From assembly GCA_031520405.1 (NCBI GenBank), contig GCA_031520405.1_4842.1: 64,000 bases of DNA; one strand, 5' to 3'. Position 1 is the stretch's first letter. Every line of letters begins with the position of its first letter. The stretch is from a phage. The notes below the pieces were generated by a model that was not told the origin of the DNA, did no database searches, and saw only the letters and a list, made by a program, of their open reading frames with translations. A program made the translations under genes and the position numbers. Below, one piece after another: positions 1 through 8,835 of the stretch.

Positions 1-66
1 AAAAAAACATTTTATAGTATTCTAGGTCACGGCAACAACGCCTTACTTGACCAGAAGGACTATATC

Positions 67-453
67 ATGGATCTGAATTCCCATATTATGCTAGACGCCA
101 CCACCGCTTTCCCTATCCAAGGTTTGGCTTTATCCCTACCGTTTAAACAATATGTACCATATATGTTCACGGTTATCGGGAAGGAGTACCCCCGCTCTAT
201 TATCAGAGCATTGCGTGATGCCCTCCATGGAGGCGCTGTGTTACCCAAAGAGACCATGCGCTCGAAAAACGTTATGGTAATTGATCCTGAATGTTTATCT
301 GAAGACCAAAAATTATACAAAGAGTTTCAATATAATGCTAGACATGCGGAATTACTGTATCAATCTGAATGCCTCACGTTCAGAAAAGACAACCAACTTT
401 TATACGTGATCGACCGTGGTACGAACTTGCCGTTGGCTCTCTATATTCAGTAA
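67..453 (+). CDS. hypothetical protein (128 aa)
   Basis: Intact ORF from the track, followed by a GC hairpin terminator; no recognisable motif. Confidence 0.45.
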   Translation: MDLNSHIMLDATTAFPIQGLALSLPFKQYVPYMFTVIGKEYPRSIIRALRDALHGGAVLPKETMRSKNVMVIDPECLSEDQKLYKEFQYNARHAELLYQSECLTFRKDNQLLYVIDRGTNLPLALYIQ

Positions 454-468
454 AATCCAGTAAATTTG

Positions 469-498
469 AAGCCCCTCACAATGAGGGGCTTTACTTTT
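469..498 (+). terminator. intrinsic terminator-like hairpin
   Basis: Stem gcccctc / gaggggc with 5-nt loop followed by tttactttt, directly after the stop of ORF 67..453. Confidence 0.55.
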
Positions 499-802
499 GA
501 AACCTTCCCACCTATACTTCCCAGTAATTCATTGGCCAACGCCACAAATTGAAAGCGGGTACTACATCATGACCAACTCCGAAATATATCATGCATCTAT
601 GCATTATCACGACCTACGCGCCCGTCCAGGACACGCAAAACAAAAAGCATTCTGGGTGGCAGAACTCAGATTACGCCGTGCTGTCGTTAACCACCAAATA
701 ATCATGAATCGGAAAAACGACAAATCACCGTTGTTGGCAGATTCTTATCTTGAACTCCGCACAGCCTATGAACAAGCCAAACAACACGTAATAGGAGCAT
801 AA
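497..802 (+). CDS. hypothetical protein (start uncertain, possible internal ATG near 569)
   Basis: ORF from track; the 5' end overlaps the upstream terminator, so the true start is probably internal. Confidence 0.3.
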   Translation: MKPSHLYFPVIHWPTPQIESGYYIMTNSEIYHASMHYHDLRARPGHAKQKAFWVAELRLRRAVVNHQIIMNRKNDKSPLLADSYLELRTAYEQAKQHVIGA

Positions 803-803
803 T

Positions 804-1265
804 ATGTCAAACAAATTACTCACCAACCCCCGCCACAACTTTGGTTATATCCAATTACCAGAAGTGATAGACACGTTGTTTGCTGAAGACAAGGAAGAAG
901 TTTGTTGGGCACCAGCGACTCTTATTGAACGCGAAATTTTCAAATCTGAAGTAGACGTGATGTTCCGCATCGGTTCATCCGGAGACCTCCATTATTTGGG
1001 GAAAGTGACCGAGTTAAAGACCTGCCATGCTCAAAGATTTTTGCGCATTGACACCACTCAATGTGAAGACTTTTCATTCAGCATTCTGCGTGAATATGTT
1101 CAGGTCAACCGTCCTGTGTATCAACACCGTCCTTATTTGACGTCGATGCATATAGACAATTATATTTCTGACATTCATTTACGTGCATCAACTATCCATG
1201 AAGAAGATTCTGGTATCGCGGTTGATACAGTACTCAATATGATCGTCATTACTTTGGTGCCATGA
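804..1265 (+). CDS. hypothetical protein (153 aa)
   Basis: ORF with AGGAG about 5 nt upstream of the ATG; tightly packed after the previous ORF. Confidence 0.5.
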   Translation: MSNKLLTNPRHNFGYIQLPEVIDTLFAEDKEEVCWAPATLIEREIFKSEVDVMFRIGSSGDLHYLGKVTELKTCHAQRFLRIDTTQCEDFSFSILREYVQVNRPVYQHRPYLTSMHIDNYISDIHLRASTIHEEDSGIAVDTVLNMIVITLVP

Positions 1266-1266
1266 T

Positions 1267-1605
1267 ATGTACAAATTCCCGATATTAGAAACGGTGTACT
1301 CTACTCACAAAAAGGAAGGTCCTTTATTTGAAAATTTGGATATTCTGTTAAAGGAAAAAGTCCGTATCCCTCTGGTTCTAAAGGGAAAGCAAATAGGATA
1401 TAGCCATGATTGCCAAATAATGTGTTCTGAAGACACCGACGTCTTACGCATCCGTCTGACATTTGTGTTGACAGGTCATTTGGATGGTATGGTGGTTAAT
1501 CTGAAACCAACCACCATAGTCCACAGAACGGGTGGGAAAATATTATATCGTTTATTAACACATTTTGAGATAGTGACGAAACGTTCCGCCGCCGACGTTC
1601 TTTAA
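1267..1605 (+). CDS. hypothetical protein (112 aa)
   Basis: ORF from track, 1-nt spacing from the upstream ORF (operon-like packing). Confidence 0.45.
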   Translation: MYKFPILETVYSTHKKEGPLFENLDILLKEKVRIPLVLKGKQIGYSHDCQIMCSEDTDVLRIRLTFVLTGHLDGMVVNLKPTTIVHRTGGKILYRLLTHFEIVTKRSAADVL

Positions 1606-2015
1606 TTTGTCCGTTTCAACCATATGGTATCTGTTATCGGCTCTGGGTTGTTGACCACATAAAACGTTATGGTTACACCCAGAGAATGATAATCTTCAGA
1701 CAATGACACATCAACTGATTGTATCTCCGCTCTCGGTTCAAATAAAGCAATCGCGTCTTCAACTTTGTTTTTAACATCAACCTGAATTGTGGGATTCGTA
1801 TTTTCCCCCAGCATGGTATACAGCCCAGCCCCGATACTTGGGTATGTCGGCCAATCCCCAACTGTTGTCATCACGATATTTCGTACGGATTGCAACACGG
1901 CATAGACACCTGTTTTCTTTGTGACATCTTTGGTGACCGGATGCATGCCAAACTTCAGGTCAATGTCCTTGTACTCTTTCATGTTAAACCCCTTTGGATA
2001 TTGCCTCTCCGGCAC
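1602..2015 (-). CDS. baseplate wedge subunit, gp25-like (GPW/gp25 family)
   Basis: 137-aa protein with the size and residue pattern of T4 gp25 / P2 gpW lysozyme-like baseplate proteins; lies immediately downstream of the gp5-like gene on the same strand. Confidence 0.6.
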   Translation of the reverse strand: MPERQYPKGFNMKEYKDIDLKFGMHPVTKDVTKKTGVYAVLQSVRNIVMTTVGDWPTYPSIGAGLYTMLGENTNPTIQVDVKNKVEDAIALFEPRAEIQSVDVSLSEDYHSLGVTITFYVVNNPEPITDTIWLKRTN

Positions 2016-2046
2016 GAGAGGGCATTATCTACCCTCGCCAGTGTAA

Positions 2047-3672
2047 TCATGCGTCTTTACCACCAAAGTTGCCGCCATTATCCTCCAGTTCCGGTTTTAT
2101 ATCAATTGGACCAGGACCAGAAGTAGATACTGGAGTTGCCCCAGCGCGTGATGCAGCACGACCAGCACCTTCAGCATATTTGATGTTGCCTTCAATAGTC
2201 TGCGCCACCGACAACTTATCACAAACTATTTCACTCGCCAGTATTTTAGGCACTTTTAAAGTATTGGAAACTTCCAACATCTCACAGATGATACGCATCA
2301 CGTTTTGCGCCTGAATTTCGGCCAGCTGTGAAAATTTCATCAACGCCGTGCCAGCAACCACATTGGAGTAGTTCGATGAATGTAGATGATAGACCTCACC
2401 TGTCTTACGCTGTACTTCAGTCCCGCCGATAGTCAGGTTATGATCGCGCCCCACATAATAACGTTTGTCAAACATCGTCAGATCATAATGATCTTTGACT
2501 GATTTATTGACCACGTCCCCGTCAGGAAGCATCTGCTTATAAGACCCCGAGGAGTGCATCCAATGGAGACGTTCCCCGCCTGGTGTGTCATCAACCTCCA
2601 TGATATGCCCTGACCGAGATGCCATGACATTGTTGTAAGGATAACGAGACCCGCCAGCAGAAGGAACCGACACCTCTCCTGTGTTATCAATATCTTGAAC
2701 ACGCCCAGAAGGGGGCGGAGTTTCCTGAACTTTTGGTGTACGATCAGGGATTGGCTCAGACCATTTACCATTTTGTTGCGCAGGAGCCGCCGATGCTGTC
2801 GTAGCAGGACCAGGCCAACGATAACCCAACACAGATGAGCGGCTGAAGCGACTCACCTTCACAGAATCTGATTGGTTGCCTCCAATACACCAAACATAAT
2901 TGACATCGAATTTCTGCACGAACGCAACGTGTCCGAATGTTGGGTTGTTGCCACGCCGGAATACAACAACAGCGCCGTAGCGGGGTTCCGACAAAGGGGA
3001 ACCCCATTGCAAATATGAACGAGCCAAAGCCGAGCGCGTTGAAGTGTATCCTGCTTGGATCAACACCCATCCCACAAATGAAGCGCACCAGCTGACTTCA
3101 TCTTCCGAAGCGCCCAAAGATGTTGTCTTGTGATATTCCAAAATCCTTGGGTTATTATTGAATTTGCCAGAATATTCTTTGACACCTAATTCACCACGAG
3201 CCACTGTCATCCATTTCTCAGGATCATAACCGTCCACAGGCGGTTGAGGTTCTGGTTGTGGGTCGTCTTCAATCTTGACAGGAACATTTTCAACGGCGTT
3301 ATATTTCTGTCTTTCTATAGATTGAACAACCTGGCCCAGCGCCAACGGGTTTGTGTCTGAACCATCCGTTGGTGTCGCCGCTGGCCAAACCCAGGCGATA
3401 CGAATATTTTGGTATGCTTCATCCAAAGCAAATCCCATAACATCCGACCCGACTGTAATACCCGTTGGAGACCAGCCTAAACCTGCCGAGGAGGCGTTAG
3501 ATGCTGGCATGAGCATTTTACCCCAAGGCAATAATTCGGTAGGTAAGAGAGTGGTATCTTCCGTGTGTACACCATAGATGCGCACAGCGACGCGCCCGTT
3601 CTGGTCGGGATCATTCACGTCTTCAACGCGCCCGTAAAACCAACGCAAGTTGTCTAACATATTGAAACCCAT
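2047..3672 (-). CDS. baseplate hub / central spike protein, gp5-like, with CHAP-type cell-wall peptidase domain
   Basis: N-terminus (NLRWFYGRVEDVNDP..RVAVRIYGVHTEDTTLLPTELLPWG) matches the T4 gp5 OB-fold domain; the central region has a Cys..His peptidase signature (SWCASFVGWVL ... GHVAFV) where T4 gp5 has its lysozyme domain. Confidence 0.7.
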   Translation of the reverse strand: MGFNMLDNLRWFYGRVEDVNDPDQNGRVAVRIYGVHTEDTTLLPTELLPWGKMLMPASNASSAGLGWSPTGITVGSDVMGFALDEAYQNIRIAWVWPAATPTDGSDTNPLALGQVVQSIERQKYNAVENVPVKIEDDPQPEPQPPVDGYDPEKWMTVARGELGVKEYSGKFNNNPRILEYHKTTSLGASEDEVSWCASFVGWVLIQAGYTSTRSALARSYLQWGSPLSEPRYGAVVVFRRGNNPTFGHVAFVQKFDVNYVWCIGGNQSDSVKVSRFSRSSVLGYRWPGPATTASAAPAQQNGKWSEPIPDRTPKVQETPPPSGRVQDIDNTGEVSVPSAGGSRYPYNNVMASRSGHIMEVDDTPGGERLHWMHSSGSYKQMLPDGDVVNKSVKDHYDLTMFDKRYYVGRDHNLTIGGTEVQRKTGEVYHLHSSNYSNVVAGTALMKFSQLAEIQAQNVMRIICEMLEVSNTLKVPKILASEIVCDKLSVAQTIEGNIKYAEGAGRAASRAGATPVSTSGPGPIDIKPELEDNGGNFGGKDA

Positions 3673-4000
3673 TAGTCAATTAGAATCATGGGTTATTTAT
3701 GGCGGGGATTTGAAATCTGTCGAATAGTAATATTATAGGAAGCTCTGCTTCCGTTCAACTTTATTCTTTTCGTTTCTACTCGCTGAAGCTCGTAACACCG
3801 CCTTGACAGGCAGTCCCATTCCAATGCCATGGAGGCATAAAGGCGAGGAAAATACTGTACACCTCAGAACATGCGTAGAAAAGGATTATTTTTGCTTCAA
3901 AACAAATTCAAACCCCAATTTACACAACACTTACTTCAGCAACAACGGTGTTATAGCAATTTAAGGTTAAACGTTCCTGTCTTAACCTATAAAACAGGTA

Positions 4001-4030
4001 AACAAAGAAAACCCCACATTACGTGGGGTT
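4001..4030 (-). terminator. intrinsic terminator-like hairpin
   Basis: Stem aaccccac / gtggggtt with 5-nt loop; on the minus strand it is followed by a T-rich tract (tttctttgttt). Confidence 0.45.
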
Positions 4031-4179
4031 GGAAGATTTCTTGGACAAACGTATCTTTAGTGTCTCTGTTAGCAAATCAAGATGCCAAGGCATCGACTCG
4101 CTTATTTCAAATATGCTATAGCCATGTGCCTTTAATTCGTCACACATCACGAAGTAGGAGAGTAAATCAATTTCAAAAA

Positions 4180-4983
4180 TTAAATGAAAATTTCAGTGAC
4201 ACTGTTAAATTTGACTTCATGTTCTTTCCCACACGAAGGACATTTAATTTTCGTCGCGTAACGGATACGAGGAATCTTTTTAAAGAAATCGTCGGATATA
4301 TCTTGAACAATCTCAGATTCAATATTTTCCCCCACCCATTTAACAAATTCATCTTTGACACGTTGACGTTCTTTAGCAACATCGGGTGCTATGCCAGGCT
4401 CTGCCGGATTCTCTACTTTCCAAACCTGACCATCATCGTCATACAAACAATCAATAAATGTCGCGATCATTTGCTCCACAGATGATGCTTCGTTGAGCAC
4501 TGAGGCGTCCGAGAAGGACGGTTGACGCATCTTGATGTGATAGCCACCAGGGAGGTCAAATGTTTCCCTGAAGCCTTCTGGGGAAACGCATTTCACTTGG
4601 TTGAGGGGGATCGGTAAAACAAGTTCTTGACCACATTCTTTAAGGCCAGAAACTGGTTCTTCACCTTCATTTGTGTCGGATGGAACTTTGTTGTTACATT
4701 TGTATCGTATCTTCATGACCTCGCCGATAGATATACAGCGCATCTTTAAAAATACTTCTTCAGTAACACCGATTGGCAGTTTACTAAAGGGAACCCCAGC
4801 GTCAACACAACTATCAAACAGTTGCTCCAGCGTCGCTACACGTTCACTCATAGGAGTGTTCGGATCAGCAACCTGAAGTAACATGGTCTGTTGCCCTGCT
4901 GTGAAAGCGCGGTATTTAATCACCGTCGGCCAGAAATCACTTTTGTGTGTTCTCTCAGTTTTGGGCAATGATGGTAAATTCAT
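4180..4983 (-). CDS. late protein, putative baseplate hub component (gp26-like?) with C-terminal zinc ribbon
   Basis: Start chosen at the ATG of MNLPSLPK: GGAG lies 7 nt upstream and a TATAAATA late-promoter motif about 30 nt upstream. C-terminal CPSCGKEH zinc-ribbon motif. The product name is a guess from neighbourhood. Confidence 0.5.
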   Translation of the reverse strand: MNLPSLPKTERTHKSDFWPTVIKYRAFTAGQQTMLLQVADPNTPMSERVATLEQLFDSCVDAGVPFSKLPIGVTEEVFLKMRCISIGEVMKIRYKCNNKVPSDTNEGEEPVSGLKECGQELVLPIPLNQVKCVSPEGFRETFDLPGGYHIKMRQPSFSDASVLNEASSVEQMIATFIDCLYDDDGQVWKVENPAEPGIAPDVAKERQRVKDEFVKWVGENIESEIVQDISDDFFKKIPRIRYATKIKCPSCGKEHEVKFNSVTEIFI

Positions 4984-5012
4984 AATGTATCTCCACGGTA
5001 TATTGTAACCAT

Positions 5013-5020
5013 ATTTATAA
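5013..5020 (-). promoter_or_regulatory. T4-type late promoter core (TATAAATA)
   Basis: Exact TATAAATA on the minus strand about 30 nt upstream of the ATG at 4983, with GGAG between them. Confidence 0.5.
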
Positions 5021-5032
5021 TGAGGACCGAAA

Positions 5033-5557
5033 ATGCACGCGTTCTGTTTCAGTAAAGTTGGAGAACAACTTACCATTAATTATCCGGATACAAATACGGA
5101 TTTCTTTGTATTGCTAACGGATTTCGCGAATAAATTGGGGATCAAGAATATCGCCATGACTGTGGGCGATATGAAATTTGGTCGTCTGGGTGTAAAAGAT
5201 TTATTGAATTACGGATTCAACGTAATCATTGTCGATCAGACATACAGCCCAATTGACGAGGAAGATGTTATTCCAGTTTGGGTTCAACGAGACATAAACA
5301 CTCTGGATAAGCATTATCTCGATTGTGTCATCATTGGCGAATTAATACCATATTTTCATAAACGTCGTCGGCTTGAATCAATTAAAAGTTATTTTCAAGA
5401 TAGCGATGACGGATATAAAATGGATGTCCTTACGAGCGGTTGGGTTGTGAAGAATACCACAGGCAATGCCGACCGAATTACTTCCCGTCTTTATGAATAT
5501 GTTAAAGAACGGGATTATGAACTGGAGAACAATAATGCCAAACGTAGAACGCGCTGA
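5033..5557 (+). CDS. hypothetical protein (174 aa)
   Basis: ORF with GAGGA RBS 7 nt upstream of the ATG; no recognisable motif. Confidence 0.5.
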   Translation: MHAFCFSKVGEQLTINYPDTNTDFFVLLTDFANKLGIKNIAMTVGDMKFGRLGVKDLLNYGFNVIIVDQTYSPIDEEDVIPVWVQRDINTLDKHYLDCVIIGELIPYFHKRRRLESIKSYFQDSDDGYKMDVLTSGWVVKNTTGNADRITSRLYEYVKERDYELENNNAKRRTR

Positions 5558-6020
5558 TATTCAGCAGGTACAAGACGTCATCCTTCAACGCCTCCGCGCT
5601 GTGATCACAAATGAAAATGGAGAAATTGCGCCAGGGTTTGAAGGCGCATTCGACGGTTTCGTTGCCGATGATCAGGGGAACCCCGTTGTACAAACGATCG
5701 CTGGCATGATTATGCTGAATAGCGAATTTATGGCTGATGGTAAAATCCATTATTCTCCCAATCTCAGTGTTGACGGAGAATCTTTGGCTTCCGAAGTGGT
5801 TGATTTAACGGTTGCCGTTGGTGAGTTGGGTTATGTTTTGATGGTTTGCACCGCGCATTATGTGGACGCCAACGGCCATGTGTCATATGGTGATGAAGCG
5901 CGGGGAATCAAACGTCATGTGGATACTGCGGCAGTTCTGCAACAGATCCGCCAGATGCAAGACAATATGGATTCCAAACCCCGCCTGATTTTGCCAGATA
6001 GTAAAATCGTGACAAGATAA
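5535..6020 (+). CDS. hypothetical protein (161 aa)
   Basis: In-frame ATG with GGAG RBS inside track ORF 5466..6020; overlaps the stop of the upstream ORF (translational coupling). Confidence 0.45.
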   Translation: MPNVERADIQQVQDVILQRLRAVITNENGEIAPGFEGAFDGFVADDQGNPVVQTIAGMIMLNSEFMADGKIHYSPNLSVDGESLASEVVDLTVAVGELGYVLMVCTAHYVDANGHVSYGDEARGIKRHVDTAAVLQQIRQMQDNMDSKPRLILPDSKIVTR

Positions 6021-6057
6021 TCCGGTCTAAATACCCATAACACAATGAAACTTCGTT

Positions 6058-6669
6058 ATGGGTATTTTTATGAAATTTTGCGGAATCGACTATTCTTATG
6101 GCTGTCCTGCCATGTGCTTCTGGGATGATAAAGATCCTTTGGATTTTGACCATCTTCATTTCTATGCGCATCATACTGTAGAAAAACATTGCCGTCAGGT
6201 ACGGCATAACATCCTCATTTTACGCCAGCCGAAATATGAATCCCCAGAAGAACGCTTCTACAATATCTCCAAATGGGCCGAAGCTGTTCTTCTAACCGAG
6301 AAGCCTGATTTCATCACCCTTGAGGGGTACGCAATGGGCAACTCGAAGAATTCCAATAACATATGCCAAACCGCCGAGAACACATCTCTATTGAAACAAG
6401 CGATGCGCCGGAACAATATGGAATTTCAGATTGTTACCCCGTCTTTTGTTAAGAAACATTTTTGTGGTAAAGGAAATGCCGACAAATTGGTCATGATAGA
6501 TCACTTTGAGAAGCTGTTCAACGTTAAGATGCGCGGTATAATGGACATGTTGGACGTGAAGGATCCAAAGCCAATCGATGACCTCGTGGATTCGTTCGCA
6601 AATATGGTTTCTGGTCCTTACTTCATAGAAAATTATCCTGATTTCAATAGAGGTGTAAGAAATGATTAA
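6058..6669 (+). CDS. putative RuvC-like (RNase H fold) nuclease / Holliday junction resolvase
   Basis: N-terminal GIDYS, central ITLEGY and C-terminal ADKL/DHFEK acidic motifs resemble the RuvC catalytic residues; assignment by motif only. Confidence 0.4.
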   Translation: MGIFMKFCGIDYSYGCPAMCFWDDKDPLDFDHLHFYAHHTVEKHCRQVRHNILILRQPKYESPEERFYNISKWAEAVLLTEKPDFITLEGYAMGNSKNSNNICQTAENTSLLKQAMRRNNMEFQIVTPSFVKKHFCGKGNADKLVMIDHFEKLFNVKMRGIMDMLDVKDPKPIDDLVDSFANMVSGPYFIENYPDFNRGVRND

Positions 6670-6958
6670 CTACTGGCTGCTGGCAGATATACTGCTTTTC
6701 GCCTTGCTGTTGATGACGGCGTTTGTTTGGATTAAGGGATTCTTGACATTCCTTCATTCATTAAGTGCCATGGTATCTTTCTATGCGGTTTCGCCACATA
6801 GTGACGTCAATGTAAGAGCTGCAAATCAATCTGATATGTTGGCCGAATATGTTTTGCTGCGTGACAAAGCAATCAGGATTGTCCTGTTTTCTACGCTGGT
6901 GGGAGCAGTTATTATATTTCTACGACACGTATTGGAGGCGATTCATGCCGTTTTATGA
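6662..6958 (+). CDS. small hydrophobic membrane protein
   Basis: 98-aa ORF with two hydrophobic segments (LLADILLFALLLMTAFVWI and IVLFSTLVGAVIIFL). Confidence 0.4.
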   Translation: MINYWLLADILLFALLLMTAFVWIKGFLTFLHSLSAMVSFYAVSPHSDVNVRAANQSDMLAEYVLLRDKAIRIVLFSTLVGAVIIFLRHVLEAIHAVL

Positions 6959-7190
6959 TTATGCCTGTACAGGTTGTGGAAATTCGTTTAGTGCTCGAAA
7001 ATCTTGTGCTGAACGTCATACACCTGAATTAGAGCCATGTTCTGAATGTGGCGGTGAAATAAAAATGATTATTGGAGCACCAAAGATCGTATCTGGTGTT
7101 CGTGGTCCTCAGTCCGCGCCTGATGGCTTCAAAGACGTTTTGCGTCATATTAAGAAGCAATCAGGGAAGGGGAATACAATCGATGTCTGA
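6945..7190 (+). CDS. zinc-ribbon protein (FmdB-like CxxC..CxxC)
   Basis: MPFYDYACTGCGNSF...CSECGG pattern typical of FmdB-family zinc ribbons; ATG is in frame within track ORF 6849..7190. Confidence 0.5.
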   Translation: MPFYDYACTGCGNSFSARKSCAERHTPELEPCSECGGEIKMIIGAPKIVSGVRGPQSAPDGFKDVLRHIKKQSGKGNTIDV

Positions 7191-7425
7191 TCAACAAATA
7201 GCACAAGTGCTCACACCAGATTCTTTTTCCGAATTGGTGTTGATGAGAGCAAGCCAACGCAAGGAATCAATCCTTGAAACGATGGCCAGTGTTTGTGAAG
7301 AGTATGACATCGAAGAAGCAAAGGTCAAAAAATTGATCACGCCTCCTCTTCTGTCAAGGCTAACAGCTGAATGTTCTGATGCTCGGTTGTTGAAGGGTGA
7401 ATTGAAATCTAAAAAACTCATTTAA
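7183..7425 (+). CDS. hypothetical protein (80 aa)
   Basis: Internal ATG of track ORF 7072..7425 with GGGGAA RBS; overlaps the stop of the upstream gene. Confidence 0.45.
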   Translation: MSDQQIAQVLTPDSFSELVLMRASQRKESILETMASVCEEYDIEEAKVKKLITPPLLSRLTAECSDARLLKGELKSKKLI

Positions 7426-7434
7426 GGTTGTAAC

Positions 7435-7674
7435 ATGAGCAAAGAGCAAATCTATAAAATGTTGAAGGCGCAAGAGTATCTGCCAGGTTCTATCCGCTGG
7501 CGGCACGGTAGCCTCAATGAACATGCTGATGATATGGATCGTGTACGTTACACGACGCCGGAAGGTAAATCCTATGTCATCGAATACCATACATTCTTGG
7601 AAGGACACAAAACCTTCTCAGATGTGTACGACATTATTGAAATAGACCCAGCAAAACAAATGATTGCGGGTTAA
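7435..7674 (+). CDS. hypothetical protein (79 aa)
   Basis: ORF from track with AAGG upstream of the ATG. Confidence 0.45.
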   Translation: MSKEQIYKMLKAQEYLPGSIRWRHGSLNEHADDMDRVRYTTPEGKSYVIEYHTFLEGHKTFSDVYDIIEIDPAKQMIAG

Positions 7675-7770
7675 CTCAATAGCAAAACGCAGTATAATTA
7701 CACCGTCGGAATAATTGACAAATACATTTACAGAATAGCCCGAAGGGGCGGATTATAGAGGAATATTAAA

Positions 7771-8802
7771 ATGGGTAATTTATTTGATCGTCTTAAACAA
7801 TCTCGTGGCCAACAAGCCGAAGCTATGCAACAGCGACTCGCTCAGCAAGGCCAGCGTGTTGGTGGCGGTCGTGACCCGCGCATCTGGAAGTGGACCTGGA
7901 ATGACAAGGGTACTTCTGAAAACATCATTCGTTTCCTGCCGATCCCTTTGGTGGACATGAAGGCTCAAGAAGAAGGCACCATCCCTGAAGATGCTGTGTT
8001 AACTCCGTGTGCCATGATCATGAAACACGCATTCCAGGGCGCTGGTGGTTGGTATATCGAAAACTCTCCTCAGACTTTCGGTAACGATGATCCTGTTCGT
8101 GACCATGACCGTCCTCTGTGGGCACAACAGAAAGAAACGAATGATGAAAAGCTGAAAACAGTTCTCAAAAAACGTCTGCCGGACACCAAATACTACGCCA
8201 ACATCCTGGTGATCAAAGATGGTAACAATCCGGAAAACAACGGCAAGGTCTTCTTGCTTGAGTTCGGTAATGCCGTCAAGAAAATCCTGGATTCGGCTCA
8301 GAATCCTAAGTTCTCAACTGACCCTAAATTCGACCCGTTCGATATGTGGGAAGGCGCGAACCTGATTCTGAACCTCTTTGGTGAAGAGAAAGAGTTCGGA
8401 AACTGGAAAGGTCTGGTGGCTAACTTCACCAATGTGAAGTGGGATACTCCGGCACCTTTGGGGACAGACGAATACATTGAAGAGATCTGGGAAAAAGAAC
8501 ACAGTCTGTTTGAGTTCTTTAATCCGGCCAACTTCAAATCGTACGAAGATCTGGAAAAACGTTTGCGCAAAGTTCTGGCCATCCCTGACAATCAGCCTCT
8601 GGTTGAAGGTGGTGCTTCTACTATGGCACATGCGCCTACCCAGTCTCAGGAACCACAGCGCCCAACAGCGCAGGAAAGTCTGAACCAACAACAATCTCAG
8701 CCTTCTAATGCACAGCAATCTGTTCCAGCCAATAATGGTGGTGCCGATGCGAAACAGACGGCTACCATTGATGAGTTCGAGCAGTTCCTGAAGCAAGACT
8801 AA
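7771..8802 (+). CDS. 32: single-stranded DNA-binding protein gp32
   Basis: 343-aa protein with a T4 gp32-like core (IIRFLPIP, zinc-site-like Cys/His region) and an acidic, Q/S-rich C-terminal tail; GAGGAA RBS; strong terminator downstream. Confidence 0.8.
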   Translation: MGNLFDRLKQSRGQQAEAMQQRLAQQGQRVGGGRDPRIWKWTWNDKGTSENIIRFLPIPLVDMKAQEEGTIPEDAVLTPCAMIMKHAFQGAGGWYIENSPQTFGNDDPVRDHDRPLWAQQKETNDEKLKTVLKKRLPDTKYYANILVIKDGNNPENNGKVFLLEFGNAVKKILDSAQNPKFSTDPKFDPFDMWEGANLILNLFGEEKEFGNWKGLVANFTNVKWDTPAPLGTDEYIEEIWEKEHSLFEFFNPANFKSYEDLEKRLRKVLAIPDNQPLVEGGASTMAHAPTQSQEPQRPTAQESLNQQQSQPSNAQQSVPANNGGADAKQTATIDEFEQFLKQD

Positions 8803-8808
8803 TTTCGC

Positions 8809-8835
8809 TAAAGCCCCTTCGGGGGCTTTTTAGTT
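8809..8835 (+). terminator. intrinsic terminator
   Basis: aaagcccc ttcg ggggcttttt hairpin plus T-run immediately after the gp32 stop. Confidence 0.65.

Noticed and set aside
1975-1985. Apparent 1-nt frame discrepancy between my reading of the sequence and the ORF track across the gp25-like start / gp5-like stop
   Set aside because: Both overlapping track ORFs read through consistently and coordinates re-synchronise downstream, so this is most likely my transcription error rather than a frameshift or pseudogene; no pseudogene called.
3700-3730. tRNA-like T-loop sequence (gatttcaaatcc on the minus strand)
   Set aside because: I could not build acceptor and T stems with complementary pairing around it; no cloverleaf, so not called as tRNA.
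3871-4485. 204-aa plus-strand ORF spanning the ORF-poor region and running antisense into the gp26-like gene
   Set aside because: Low-complexity, highly basic translation with no RBS; overlaps a well-supported minus-strand late gene with promoter and RBS. Most likely a spurious antisense ORF.
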